The notes: a model not told the origin generated them from the letters alone. Numbered from the whole stretch's first letter, positions 18,104-32,398 are shown. The stretch is 63,568 nucleotides of DNA, filler included, from Hyphochytrium catenoides (GCA_900088475.1; 11 parts of 11 records of this genome joined end to end with filler, not necessarily neighbours in it), one strand, 5' to 3'. Numbers and translations: made by a program.

Positions 18104-21100
18104 GTACGTAAAGCCTGCAGTCCCCTGCAGTTAAGTTGACTTCCTCCTGGCTCGATCAGCTAAGTGTTTCATCATTTTTTCTCATTCTCTATCGTACGTC
18201 TTGACTCTGGAAGAACAGATCTCTGTGACATGAGGGATAACCATATGCTACTAGGTGCTGGGTGCTNNNNNNNNNNNNNNNNNNNNNNNNNNNNNNNNNN
18301 NNNNNNNNNNTTAATTAATTAANNNNNNNNNNNNNNNNNNNNNNNNNNNNNNNNNNNNNNNNNNNNCTGTGAGACTACTTATGGCGTATTAGGAGGCAGA
18401 AGAAGTGAAATGAGCAACAGACAACCTGTACTGCAACAGTAGCGCTTCATTAAGCCGGTCCCCTTCATCTCACATACCGTTCGCCACTGTTTGCCTCAAA
18501 GTCTAGAGAGCAGCAAATCGTCATCTTGAAAAAACAAGCACTACTCCGCACCTACTGTCAGGACTAGCAGGCAAAGCTAGGTAACATTAATAAAATTGGC
18601 TAGCCCCATGGCCTAGCAATATAACCAACCGAGGTCTATCCTCCACTTGGAAGTCATATTCACTTGCGAGTTGTTCGTCAAGAGGGTAAGCTATATAACC
18701 ACAAGACATAGCGCCTGCTAGGTCCAATCACTGTCTTTATGCTTATCTATCATTATTAACTTTTCGCGCCACCATCATAATAGATACGACACATGTTATC
18801 CCTTTCATACATACAGGACGATACAGCAGCAGTGTCACACCGCGGCGTCTCAAGCGGATCAGAGTCAGCTTTTGATGTCCTGGTCGTAACTTTTAAGCCT
18901 AGCGGTTCCGAAGGGCAATGTGGATCGTGTGCGCGCTTTATTATATATCTGTTGAACTACCCTCCTGGTTTTAACTTTCGCAGCCTCGATCGTGACGAGG
19001 GTCCTCATCGTACTGCTGGTGGTCGGTGGTATCGTTGTAGAGGATTTGTTTAACGGTAACGAAGGCTCTCCTCTCGGGGAGTTGACTCGCCATGTTTGAC
19101 TTCCAAGAGGTGGAGACTGAGAGGTGGACACTAACTGGACTTGAAAGGCAGCAGTCTCTACTCTCTACTACTAGCAGCAGCGTACACCCAAGCAGACGCA
19201 TTATTGCCCCTACTACCTGAAGTTATTAGATGTTGTTTCTGCCTGGCGTACCGTAGTAGGACCGTTGGTGGAACAACCATCGGTTCGCATTGATGAAGAC
19301 ATTATTTGATAATATTTTGGACTCGCTATATATATATATATGCCATAAAAAGAGTAAGCGGATGTGGGCTTGGTGGAGGTGATGATCCTTCTCAAAGATC
19401 CGCGAATGGCGAGGCTCGAGTTTTATGTGGGTGGACTACTCTTCGATATTGCCTTTGACGGACGACCTCCTCTCTAAATATTATTGAATCCTGCGGTGTT
19501 GATGGCCACTTCCAGGAAGCACACTCAACCAGTTTGGCGATCAACCCGAGGAGATGATCCAGAATGTACTCTACATACTGTCGCGTCCGCATCGTCTGGA
19601 TCTGGCTGCTGGACCACGACGAGACATCAGCTGAGTAATAACTGGCGGGAGAGCTAATCACACTACATTTTCTCTTCTTCTGATCTGCCAAAAAACAACC
19701 ACAAGAGGCTTCTTCTGGAGCTAATTCAACGGCAACCTGCTTTGAAGACCTGGTGGTACAAAATACGAGCCTCTGCGTTACGCGGCAACAGAGCCGCACA
19801 CCAAGTGGAGTGCTTGCGGTCGATAATATTGCGTGATGATTCACAGACACCCACCGCAAACAAGAAGCTCATAAAAATCTTCGTGGTGCGTGCTGCCGTT
19901 CTATAAGAAGACAATTTCTATCTTGTCGTTTGAAGAACTGGTAGGTCCTGTAACCTTCATCATCAGCATCAGATCCTTTGGAACTGATGGATCTTTGCCC
20001 AGCCTTCTTCAACGTCGACTTCTTTATCCACCATTGGCCGCCCGCGATGGCGACGAAGAGGAACGATCAAAAACAAGTAAATAATAGTCCGGAGTAAACA
20101 ACAAAAGAAGAAAGATCTCATCCACAACACGATGACCTTCTATACTTTACAGGAGTTTCCTAGTTCTATAGGGCAGACTGACCGTACGCCGCGTATCATC
20201 ATGTATTATGTACGGCCGTAGGCAAACAAAGCGCGCAACAACACAAAGCAGCACAGACCCATCCTTTAACTAAATGCAGGGAGAATGGCCTATTTTCGCT
20301 CTTTTTTGTTACTCTTTTGTTGCTTTGTACAGTAAAGGCCTTTAGTTCTAGTACATTTTAGCATCTCTTCTTTATACACTCCTTACTAATTTCAGTAATA
20401 ATAAAGGCCACAGCATCTTCTTGCAGAACAAGATTCTGAAAAAGAAAAAAAAGGGCGTTTAGGTCATGCTTGTTATTCTTTGGACCTCCCCACATTTTTC
20501 AATGGGATGATAAAGGTTTTTTGATTTTTTTGTCCCTCCCTCCTTTGGCTGTTTGCTCACCTTTCAGTTCATCAGCAACTCTTCAAAGGAAAGAGAAGCG
20601 TCCTCCTCCTCCTTGATGACCGACGGACCTGACAAGCTGGTAGACAGTGCCTCGCTCCCATGCGGCGTTCTTCCTTCGGCAATACCTTCTGATGGGAACA
20701 GTATCAAGAGCAGCAGCTGGTTAGCAACAAGGAGATCTCCTTCCAAGCATTTGAGGCCGAGTCTTTCGCATGTCCCACCCATGGTGCCACATCCTCCCAC
20801 GACCATCATCCTAGAATCAAGAAGCTTGAATGACCGACAGCCACCATGGCTCTCACTCCTGAAGGATGACCAACAGATGTCTCTTCTCTTCTTGTTGTTA
20901 ACTGCTACAAGCCATAGAACATAGGCAACAAGGAATGAACTTTCCAGTTTTCTTCCTCCTCTAACTCTTCTTTATTATTCATGAATCATGAAGGAGGAGC
21001 TCATTTGAGGAACCTGCAGGGTTGACAAAGCGTCCTAAGTGGCTTGTTATTCATCCAAAGATGGAGCTGCTCATGGAGAAAGAACAAGCAGCGGCAGCTC

Positions 21101-22419
21101 CCTCCAGCACTACTCTACCTATTGTTAGCCATGGCAGTTCAAAGCAGCACCCTCTTCAGGACTTTTATACTATATAAGAATTTTCCCTAGTGGCAGGCTT
21201 CTCAATTTGCATTAAACTCCGTCACGCGCGCACTGTTGAGCATACCAGCTGCAGCTCTGTCCGTCTAGGAAGAAGAAAGATCTTCATCATCTGTCGCTGG
21301 ATAGTACTAACTCTTTCCAAGGACGAGGAGAATGTTGAACTGCCGTAAGATTGAGACATTGGCCGTGCTTTTGCCGATACTTACCTTCAAATATGACATG
21401 ATGCCTACATACTCGCTCTTCAGATCTTCCATAAAGATGAGTTCCTCTGCTTATCTCGGTTAAGTCAACAAGCTGTCAAAGGGCTTTTCTAACTGCTCAA
21501 CTCCTACCTTTGCAGCTAGATGCCAAGCTCCAGCTGACGCTGAAGCAAAGTTCTGCAGTGAGTAGCGCAGCGCTTCTTCACTCAAATAGTCTACGTCGTG
21601 TTTAGGCAACTTTCGTCATTCGATTACATCGCGTCTTTGCTTCTTCCCTTCCACTACTCGTAGTAAGTCATCTTGTTCACGTAGAAAACTGCGGTTGTCC
21701 TCTCGGTACGGGAGTGCCAGCTCCGGTACCTGCCACAGTCTCCCAACCAATAGTAGGGGTTCCAAGCGGCCACTACCAGCCACCCCAGCCCCAGCCGGCA
21801 GTAGTATACGCCCACCAGGTAAAGTGGTGGGCTGATTGCTACTCATAGTACGCTTGTTATTAGACTTTGACGATATGACGTAGAATCAGTCACCAGTAGC
21901 CCTAACTGACCTATGATGCAGGTCCCTGTTGCTATGATTGCCCAGCATCACCAACAGACCTGCCAGCATCCCAGTATCTCTACCACCTATACCGCGTGTG
22001 GAGCGGCATGGGCTATCTGCTGCTTTCCCTGCGGTCTACTGTGCTGTCTGGCGGACGCAGAGAGTCGTTGCAATTCTTGCGGTGAGTTCTAGTGTCTCCA
22101 CAGGGTTACAAGCGTATCTATGATCCACAATGTGATCTAACTTCCCTTGGTGCGACCTTAGGTAAAAAGCTATGAGGAATAATGGTGCAGTAAGTTTTTT
22201 CTAAAGGGCTGAAGAAAAGTGTAGAACGTTTTCCAGAAACGCTGACAAAGGAAGTGTAGAATAAGATGTAGAGAGCAGATCATCCACATAGACTCAGAAG
22301 CTTCAGCTACCACATTTGGCCGCTTATTGCGGTTGGGATAAGCTCTCGCGGCATAATTCTAAGCTCAAACGGACCTACACCAGCCGAGAGCGGGACATGC
22401 AGAGCCTTCGTAGGTAGAG

Positions 22420-22770
22420 CTACAGGTACTGCAGAAGGTTCGCTGGAGTCTCTGGCTTGAAGTTGGAGTCACGAATAGCCTGAGCTGTGGCGTCATGGAA
22501 GTTGTGGAAGAATGCGAGGGCCTGAACTCTGATATAGTTGTCAGGGACCTGATCGAACGTTCTCAGCCAGAGCACGTAGTTGCGTGGGGAGTAGTTGGTG
22601 TACACCTGGAAAGAGGCAGGGTACAGATTGGCAGCGCCAGTAAACTCCAGAGCATAGAGGACAGCGCCGCTTCCAGTAGTAATACCACTAGCGCTATCAG
22701 TTCCTGTACGAGTCCAGCCAAAGGCAAAGACATTATCACGGTACTGTCCGATCCAGTCGCTCACGCCCAG
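22420..22770 (-). CDS. Terminal exon of an unidentified protein
   Basis: Branch-like gctaac plus cag acceptor, then a high-complexity 116-codon frame LGVSDWIGQYRDNVFAFGWT...NLLQYL*. Possible upstream exon at 23030-23281. Confidence 0.5.
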   Translation of the reverse strand: MGVSDWIGQYRDNVFAFGWTRTGTDSASGITTGSGAVLYALEFTGAANLYPASFQVYTNYSPRNYVLWLRTFDQVPDNYIRVQALAFFHNFHDATAQAIRDSNFKPETPANLLQYL

Positions 22771-25442
22771 CTGTGGGCCAGACGTTAGCAGCATGTAATA
22801 ACAGAAGACGTAACATCACGTATTATGCAGAAATAGCAAAAGTTTGGACCGTCAGCATTTTTGAGATGGGAACAGGGATTTCTTGTGCTCCTTGTTCTTA
22901 TGACTTCTCATTGTTCAAATGCCACTTCAGTGCAAAAGCGACCTTCACGAACTATCGAGATGAGGATCGAACGACTTATCATTGTATTGGCTGGCTTCGC
23001 TAACAACACAGAGTATGCAACGGCAGCCTCTAACCTAAACTACAATGCATGTGAGTAGCCCATGTCCAGACGCCGTCATGGGCTCTGAAGGCAGCAGGTA
23101 CATCTTTTACATTACGGGGCGCGAAACCATTTGGGATTTCACTGCCAGTAGGTAACAATGAGGTAGGTGCACTGATATCTAGTCGGGCTCTTTGACCCAG
23201 AGGCAGGAACTCTATCGATGCGCTGGATGGCACAACACGGCAAACAAGCTTGACTATACCGGCGCAAAAAACGCCTAACGCCTGAAAGTATTATAAACCT
23301 GTAGAATTATCCGCAGTCGAGGTGTCTGGTGGGTCTAAGCTACCCTTTAGCGCTCCGATTGCCTACTATGCGATGCGATCCTCCCGTTGTATTGGGAACT
23401 AAAAGTACTTCTTCATGAGATAGGAGAAGGTGCTCGATGGTATGTGTTTGGACCTCCGGGTGTAGGGCTTCTTGATGAAGAGTAGGCACCAGAAGATATT
23501 AGGTCGAGGATGATGATGATGATAATAATGGCGCTGTAGTGTGCTTGACGGGCATTGCTCAGAAACTTTGTCACCTCCCTGGTCAGCTGGTTAAACGAGC
23601 ATGAGCATGGACTACATACATGGTAGCAAGCAGAGTTCCTTCCTCGTACGCCTTTCACAGGCAATAATAGAACAGGAAGCACGATGGATATGCCAGCAGA
23701 AAAAGCCAAGCACCACGAGACATCACCACCTACTACTACTTGTTAGCTGATGCCTCATAATGCCAACCCAACAAGCGATGACGATGAGTTCCGTCTGTCT
23801 GCTGCACATATAATAGAAACAGCTGTAGGGTTGTTGCTTGCAGAGAGAATGTTCTGCCTTTTGGCATGTCTTTCCTGGCCTTGACCGATGAATGACCAAA
23901 CCGAACAGAAGAATGACAGAGCTTCAACTCAGAAATTTCTATCATCAGATCCTCAGGCACAGCAGAAGCCGATTACTATGAGATTTCCTGTCTAACATTA
24001 TGTAAGGTGAATACTTCTAAAGATATTCCCCCGCTCGTGGACCAAAGACTTGAGAAGACACCTTCTATTATCAGAACATACACCGCCGCTCCTGGCTATT
24101 TTTAGCAGTTGCAACCGCATTACTGTTAGGGTGGGTGGGGCTCATATCTCTTTACCACTCTGTCTCTCGCAGAACAATAAGAGGGACAAGCGACTACTTG
24201 TATCTCGATGGTTATTCTTCTTCGTTGTTCTGGGATGTCGGTTTGGTCAAGGTTGCACTGTCGCTTGATGCTCTGTCTTTGTATCTTTCAAGCCACTCTG
24301 TCTCTAGCACTGTCGAGCTTTTGTACATTCATTCAAACCCAATCTGCCCTCTCATCGGGAATCTTTCCCTTGCCACTCTTTCTCAATGTTCTAGCGCCAG
24401 GGAAGATTTTTCTTGGTTTCTTGTCTCACGTCTCTCAACCGCTTCTGGGCATACAAACACTCTTTGTGCTTCCAGCGAGACAGAGACCTCAATAGTTCTC
24501 AATTGCTTATGTACATACAGAGGCTTCGAAGAATTGGAGACCTTCGACCTTTCGACGCGCCCTTCGCTACTTCAACGCCTTCTTCTTTGAGGCAGTCTTC
24601 ATTTCTCTTCGCGTCTCCATTTGCCGGATCTCTGTCAGAGTCAAGAAGTCTTCGTTACGCTACTCGCAGACACCCCATCGTTCCAAGCCCCAAGCTCATC
24701 GTAACCTAAACTGCTGTTGGGTTCATTTGACACAATCGAAAGACGGAATAGGCGGAATCGGCTCGCTCAAAAGAGTCCTTGCACGGAAGCTTTCTTATAA
24801 TCGTGAAAGTGGCAAACCTTGCCTCTACCTCTGCTCGTTCAGCCTAGAAGTACGAGGAAGAGAATTCTACTCAGTTGACCATGTGGCGAAGAGCAACGAG
24901 GAGATGGTCCTTTCTCATTCTCTCTCCGACCCCGCGTGAGGCGTCCATCTACCATGCAACTCCAGTTCCTCTTCTGGCCTCCCGCTCGCTCCGGGCTCCT
25001 GCTGCTTTAGCACTACAGTGGGAGGTAAAGCAAGACACTGGACCTGCCGCCGTGGCAGCCGCCTACATCGCTGTAGCTTATTATCTTAGCCAACTAGAGG
25101 AAAAAGAGTGACAAACACTCTCAGCAGATAGAGGAAGAGTAGCTCTTAGACGAATTCATCGCTCCAAGTGTACATTATTATCTGTACAGAGGACTGCAGA
25201 CCCACGTAACTGCAGTCTTCCTAACTGTAAATAGATAACTAACAGTTTTCGATTAACCTTCGCCCTTCTCTTCGCACCAAGTCTCAACTCTGAAGCTTAA
25301 GACTCGCCACCTTCCTTTATCTCCTCTCGTCTCACATCTATAAATAGACTCAGCTTTAAACTGTACTTCTCTCGCCTCCGGAGAACTCCGGTGCCCGTTT
25401 GCCGCCATGCTTAACCTACTCTAAAGTTTAGAGTAATCGGGT

Positions 25443-26303
25443 TCATTGGAAAGTGCCTTCAACTTCATTCCCTAATCTGCCACTCTCTCCTTTGCCTCTC
25501 GAATGCTCGGAGTCCTGGCCATTCCCGCCTGCTTCCATCTTCTTCTTGTTCCCAAACCTCGCCGCCAGGCCCTTTGCTATTTGCTGGTCAATGGCAGCAA
25601 TGCATTTGTCACATGCTCGCTGTGTCTCTTCTTGTTGGGCTTGATCACGGGTGATGGCCTAATTGAAAGAGACAGGCAGGGTGTGAGTAAGAATCAAAAT
25701 GTGTGATCATTCCATTAGCCAAGCTAGGGGTACGGAAAGAGCGAAGAGAAAGAGACTATGTGTGTGAGGGCCAAGTCGACAACCTTGCCGACAAATCTGG
25801 TACTTTCGCTTGAGCATTTGCCGCATACTACGGCTCCACAACGGCGGCAGTGATGCCGCCGCCTCCAAAACGTAAAGCCAAGTCCGCATATCATACAGCC
25901 GAATACTGACGCATCAGGGACCCAAGCTCCTTGTTGCTAGGAGCAAGGCTAGTTAGTAGCGCTAAAAAGGACGACTAAAGCAAGTGAGGCTCAGAAAAGG
26001 AAATCCGTTGCGAGGGTGCAGAGGCGCGAGAATGCCACTGCCAGAAGACGAGAGAGTAAAGTCATGAGTTCTGGGGCAGCCCTTCTTTTGAAGGTAAAGA
26101 GATACATTGAGCGCCATGGAATGTGTTGAATGGCAATAAGCGTCGTATTTAAACAAGGACACGGGTACCAGATCCAAACCAATCTTGTCGTTTGTTGGTA
26201 CCTTATATTCATTCCAATGTTCTTCAAGAGGATCCTTTTTGGCATGTTCTGACTGAACCTGCTGCGCCGTTGCAAGTGCCGTGTCGCTTTTGTTGGACGC
26301 CAT
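25443..26303 (-). CDS. Small FYVE zinc-finger protein (~156 aa)
   Basis: Exons 26202-26303, 25784-25936 and 25443-25658, all phase 0, with a tactaac branch site in intron 1. Spliced protein has WVPD, CMIC, RRRHHCRRCG, VCGKC and RACDKC, the complete FYVE signature. Confidence 0.92.
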
Positions 26304-27705
26304 ATTGACCCGAATGTAAGCACTAAGGGGTACTTTGTGTGGGCAAGCTCTACGGCGAATGAAAACCCTAAACCTATGCAGGAAGGAGTACCGGAAGGCC
26401 TTGCTAATAATTCAGCCCGCCGCTAGTGGGTCAGCCTCTTCAGTAGGCCCGAACAAAGACAATCGCACGCCCGAGCTCGTTGACCCCAAGCAGGTAGCCT
26501 TTCATAGACCTCAGCTGGAGCTCCACGCGGGCAGCGTCGGAGTTGGCTTGCATAAAGGAGACCTCGTGACTTGAAGACGAGAGTTCTCTGTTTAATGAAG
26601 CCCAGCGAAGCACTGACAGGAAGTTCTGACGGCGGCGGCAGGTGATGAAGATGATGATTGAAGTCCAGAAGAGAGAACAACAAAGCGCGATATCAGAAAG
26701 GATAGAACAAAAATCATTCCATTGATAACTGACCACCACTTGCTTGCTAGGAGTACCGCTAACAGTGAAATTACGTATTGGATGTACTACAGGCTACAAC
26801 AACTGCGAACGAGGATCTTTGGGGTGAATATCTTTCGTTATCAGCGTAGTAATAACTCTGGTTGAAGCCTTTGAGTACCGGGAGGCTCCTTGCCCTTGAT
26901 AATAGTAGGTGGTGGGAGGTGTTACTTGGCCTTTTGTGCTCTTTCTTAATGTTTCTTAGGTCGGAGTATTATCTATGGTGCTTCGCATTCTCTCCCCTTC
27001 TCTCGCGCTCTCTCTCTCTTTGTTCTCTCTCTTTGCCATCTCTCTCTCTCTCNNNNNNNNNNNNNNNNNNNNNNNNNNNNNNNNNNNNNNNNNNNNNNNN
27101 NNNNNNNNNNNNNCTCTCTCTCTCGCTTTTCGCTCTCGCTTTCCCTTTCCCTCGTACTGTCTCATGTCTTGGGTTCTACTCTCCTGTCGCTTCCTTTTCT
27201 CTTGTCTCTCTCTCTCTCTTTCATAGCCTTTCTTGCTGTCGGATGCCTGGTTTTCTTCTTCCCCTTTCCCCTGAATGATGATGGCCAAGATCTGGATGTC
27301 TCTTCTCGCATCTGTTCGCCTGACAAATTCTTCTGGCTCCCGCACCTGGTGCACGGACCTCCACCATCTCTCTTCTCCCTGCAAGTCAGGCAGCAACTGA
27401 TTTGCACTCTCCCTTGTCTCCTCTCTCCTACTTTCTCTACCCGTCGCTGCCTGCGCTGCTTGGCAATCTGTCTCGACAGACTGGACGCACGGTGGGCGCC
27501 TTTGTGTCGGTGATTTCCCTGCTTATTTGACAAGCACTTTCTCCGTCAGAGCTTTGTTCCCGCTTGGCATGAATGTGTTGTCACGGCGGCAGCGGATCTC
27601 TGCCACATCTGCATTTTGTCTTTAGTCAAAGGTTTTCTTTCAACAAGCAGCACCATTCAAGAAGCTTTATACTAGGACGATAGAGCCGTGGGTTGGGCTG
27701 TCAGG

Positions 27706-29464
27706 ATGTCACGGTTGTCGCTGCTCTCATCTTCTCTCGGGTCTGTCTCGTCCTTCGGACGGAGCGGCCGGGGCTTTCTGCGTAACGGAAGGCTCTCACC
27801 AGCAAGCTCTACCAAGCGGAGCTTCTCGTTGTCTCCCTCTCTCGCTCAGTTGAAGGAAGAGGTGCCTTCTAAAGCGTTAGGAGCAACAAATCAAGTCGAG
27901 AAAGATAAAGCCAAGAAGAGAGTGGTCATCGTTGGCACAGGTCACGTTATGAGAAGAGAAACGCGATACAGTCCTCACTGTCTTACACACTTCCGTCGTT
28001 TGTAGCTCTCACTCTCTGATGTCCTCTCAACTGTGAGTCAGGTCTATGTATGATCCTCTGTCGTCCCTTCTCTTCATCCCTCTCCCCATCATTCACGCTT
28101 ATACGCCTTCCATCATGGGACATCGATCTCTTGTTGACTGAGCTCGTCTCTCCTCACAGGTTGGGGAGGATATGCCGTACTGAACCAGTTTAGCAAGTTC
28201 GCGACAAGGAACAATGTGCATATCACAGTCATCTCAGAGAGAAATGTAGGCGTAGAAGCTCTTTCTCTTTCTTCATCTCTTGCCATTCTTGATAATAGAT
28301 ATCCTACCATGTGACCGCACCGTCTCCTTTTTTTTTTTTTTTTCTCACATACCTTTGGCTCACTTGGCATCCTTTATTGGCCCGAACTGCTGCTTCCCAA
28401 CCTCAACCTTCTCTTGAGCTTCCTGAGGGCTCGTCCGCTTTCATTTCCTATGTCAAGCGCGCCCTCTCACGCTTATGCCCTCTATCACTTGGGATCGTAG
28501 CACTTCCTGTTCACCCCTTTGCTAGCGAGTACGACCGTCGGGTAAGGTGTCACCACCTCTTCGACTGAGATGTTTTACCGCTTTCTTAGTTGCATCGTTT
28601 CATCTTTTAAGCTTCCGTCCTCAACCTAATAAGCTTATAATCGCTTTGCCCCGTCCTCTTTCCGTATACGTCCCATTTCTTTAATCCCCACTACATCTCG
28701 TCTCTCGCCTAAATCCTCTCTTCTTGGGTCAGGACGCTCGAGTTCCGCTCTATCATTGAGCCGATACGTCGAGAATACGGTCCCCTTGGAGGCGGTCACA
28801 TGTTCGATTTGGCGACAGTTCGCGGGGTGGACACGGATAAGCAAGAGGTCGAAGTAAAGAGCCTGATAGATGGACATATCAGCAAGGGTAGGATAGCAGG
28901 CGGCTTCTCTCGCTACTTTAGTCTGGAAAGTATGCTCTCACCCTTCATAATCTATGCTGTTTATTCCTTAAACTTCCACGCTATATCTTCCTTCTCGGCT
29001 CGGCTCTCTACTATGCATCCTTTCTGCCATGGCATAGCTCTAAGTGTCTAATGGTTCTCGTCGTTTCCTTTGCCTGTCTAGTTCCCTATGACATTTTGGT
29101 ACTGAGTGTAGGAGCAACCACGAGGACTTTTGGCATTAAGGTGAGTATCGCCCTCCTTCCTCATCTTCGCACTCGGAGCTCAATGGTTGAGTTGCTCTAT
29201 GGTCCCTTGTGCTTCCCTTAGTTTGGCCAGGTGGCTCCTCTTGCGCTCCCTCCTCACGTTGTAAAATGATTAGCGCTACGGCTGACGTCTGTCTCTCATA
29301 ACTTCCTGTTGTTCCATCTTAGCTGACACATAGCTTTTCTTACCTTTCCCCTTTTGATCAACATCTCTTTTCATCTCCGTTAGGGTGTTGCAGAGCACGC
29401 ATTCCCGCTAAAGGAGGTCTGGCACGCCCGAAAAATCCGGATGCAGATCCTCAAGAACTTTGAG
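27706..29464 (+). CDS. Type II (alternative) NADH:ubiquinone oxidoreductase with mitochondrial-type presequence; 3'-partial
   Basis: Exons 27706-27940, 28160-28245, 28501-28541, 28733-28887, 29082-29140 and 29384-29464. Motifs RVVIVGTG/WGG (FAD Rossmann fold), RN/HFLFTPLLASTTVG/TLEFRSIIEPIR, YDILVLSVGA, TFGIK/GVAEHAFPLKEV. S/R-rich N-terminus. Confidence 0.94.
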
Positions 29465-29630
29465 NNNNNNNNNNNNNNNNNNNNNNNNNNNNNNNNNNNN
29501 NNNNNNNNTTAATTAATTAANNNNNNNNNNNNNNNNNNNNNNNNNNNNNNNNNNNNNNNNNNNNGGTAACATGACTCTTAGGTCTCTATGACATTGAAGA
29601 CGGCACACACCTGGGCTGTCTGAAGCAGCA

Positions 29631-32398
29631 ACTGAATGACCTTCTCCGAATCGGCGTTGTCCCAATATATCCTATACAGAGCCTAACAGTGCATCTCAGA
29701 AAAACCCATCCAACACATGTAGACAGAAGAAACAGATAGACACATTATAAAAAGAAATATGAAAGAAGAAGATTAGGCAGCGACTTATGGAAGAGCTAGT
29801 TGCACTTATATGCATCAAGGAAGAGAGATAAAGAGACGTTTATGACAACAACGTAGAAAAAGTACAGCAGTCCTAGGAAAGTGCTGACACTGAGTAAGGC
29901 GTACATCAGAATTGTTCAAGAGCCCGATGGACTGAGGCACTCGGCTATGCAACATGAACCATCGGATGTTATGGTTGGCTTTGCGCAAGCAGTTCAGCAG
30001 AGGGTTTAGGTTTTCCAGCACGAACTGAGAAAAATGGCGTGGAGGTCAGCTAGCGACACTCGAAGGAGAAGGGCTATGATGCCAGTCGTGGCACGACGCC
30101 CTGCCCGATGATAGAGACTAAAACTAACACCTACAATGAGCACGGACTAAAGAAAGGTGAAGCAAAGCACATTAAAAAACATAGAGCGCAAGCCTAAAGA
30201 GTAGCCGATAACACCGTTGATGCCTACAACAGTCAATGAAGGAGGAATCTGACGAGGACCTGCTCCGTGAGGATCCCCTCTGTTAAGAACTTTTCCACTT
30301 CGTCTAAGGAATTCTCAACCTGGAGCCCACAGACATGTTAGTGCATGCCTCAGTTGTCCCTCTATAAGCTCAGATTGAGCAGAGTGAAACAGTAATCCCT
30401 CCAACGAAGAAAGTTGGAAAGTGCTAGGACCCTATATCGGCAGCAAGCAATACCTGCTGTCTCTTGCGCTCGGCAATGTAAGCTATGTTATCCGGCTCTA
30501 TGGTGTTCAACAAGGCAGCCACGGCCGCAGGATATCCCTCCCATTCGGCTGTCAGATCAACTATTGCCCCCATGTACGTGGTAGCAATAAAGTTATCGTT
30601 GAAGTGACGGTCCACTATCTCCCGCATCGCGGATCGAGAGCGATGCAAAAGATCCGGGGCGAAGTAGAGGATAACGTAGAGCATTGAGGCCTGAGGAGCA
30701 GATGACATTAGAGCCAAGCGTAAGAAAGAATAGGGCATGATATCCGGTGCATAATAGCGAGGAGAGTAATAGCTGTTACACGCCGACACTGACGGGGCAA
30801 GCGACGTGAAAGGTTAGCGGTCGGGGAAACAAGCACGACCCGGAGAAAACTGCTGTCTCTATCTCCTTCTGTTGGCTGTTGGCTGCCTTACCTGGTTGGC
30901 AAGTCTAGTACTCCGATGCTCAGGATGAGGAAAAGCACTCTCCTGCATATAATTTAAGTCCAATAGTCTCAAAGGTCGTACTATCGAAGTACTTGACGTA
31001 CCATAAGATAGACATCATCCGTCTGGAGCTTCCCAATGATCATTGAAATAACTTCCGCCGGTGGTGGGAAGCGTTTGAAGTAGAGCTCTGGGTAGCCAGA
31101 GGGCTTTGGACCACCTGGAAGGTACCCAGTGCCACGGCACAGTTTGCAGACCTGATACAGATTTGGCAAAGGCGTAAGCCACCGTGCAGAAAGTAAGTGT
31201 AGCAGCAAACACGAATAGTAGAGCTGTCAGTAGTCAACAAGGCATCCGTACTGTCAGCATGAGCTTTGGTCAATCAATAAGAGGTAGTCTTTTGAGTTAA
31301 TGCCTTTTCACCTCGTCAATATTTTGTAGAGCAGACTCCCCTTTGCTGCGGTAAAATGCAATGACCATCTTCTCCCTTGTAGGACCAGGTATCCGTTGAT
31401 CCAACAGCAGGAGCATGACGCCATAGAGGTAGAGTGCCTCGCACATAAGCTAGGACAACGTACATGCAGAGAGTGAACGTCAGCCTTGCATACAAATGCG
31501 AAGAGTATCCTACTGAGCATCGGAAGTCTATTTTGAAGCAGAGAAGAAGACGAAGGATTGTACCTGCGCACCATCCGTGTCCAAGAGGATGTTGTCTATC
31601 GTGTGCTGGATAAAGAAGCCTTGCTCAATGTTGTTGAGGTACTCCAGGTAGTCCGAGATATACTAACGTTATCCGTCAAGTGTCAGTCTAACACAAGCTT
31701 TACCTTCCCCATACCATAGAGAGGATAGCGTATCTACATGGCTCTCCTACCTTATATATCCCATCGAAGAGCTGATAAAATCGCTCTAAGATGTCCTCAA
31801 AGTTATCCTGGAACTCATCATCGATCTCCAAGAGTTCCTATGATAGACGTTGGCAGTCAGACTCCATGAAAGAATGTCTTGGAAGAATAGGGAAGGCAAG
31901 CTGGCCGGTGAACATGCTATAAGTTCCAGGCCCGACACAGATGTAAGGGGAGAGACAGACGTAAGATGGGACCTAGCCTGGCCGGTCCGAGACGATAGAT
32001 CCCCGCCGAATCCACGCAAGGAGAGCGAGAGAGAGAACGAAACGAGAGTCCTTATCTACAGTTCCAAAGACGCAATGACCCAAGAGGCTCCATACCCCAT
32101 CACTATTAACTTTATCTTCAAAAGCTTCGGGTGCCTTGAGATAGTTAAAGTCAAACAGGACGTTGAGGTACTTCAGCTGCTCGGGGTCCTCGACATACTC
32201 TGGACCTAGGAAGATGCTAGACGATTATAAGATCAGAACACCAAGTTGCTGTATGGCCACCGTGGACGTCGAGCCCTACCCAGGAATGTTGAGTGACAAC
32301 CGTAATAGTTCTGCCACTATTGCACTTCCTCGACTGACAAGTCTCAAAATAGTTTGACCGCAGTCATTATCTTCAGCAAGGAACTCCATGGCGGCCAT
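29631..32398 (-). CDS. WASHC5: WASH complex subunit strumpellin, N-terminal part; 3'-partial, about 11 exons visible
   Basis: [107 protein letters not shown] and QLLLQTAQ occur in the strumpellin order. Confidence 0.95.

Noticed and set aside
19980-20032. MVDKEVDVEEGWAKIH on the minus strand, recalling a cullin N-terminus
   Set aside because: Immediately followed by multiple stops, with no further cullin-like exons.
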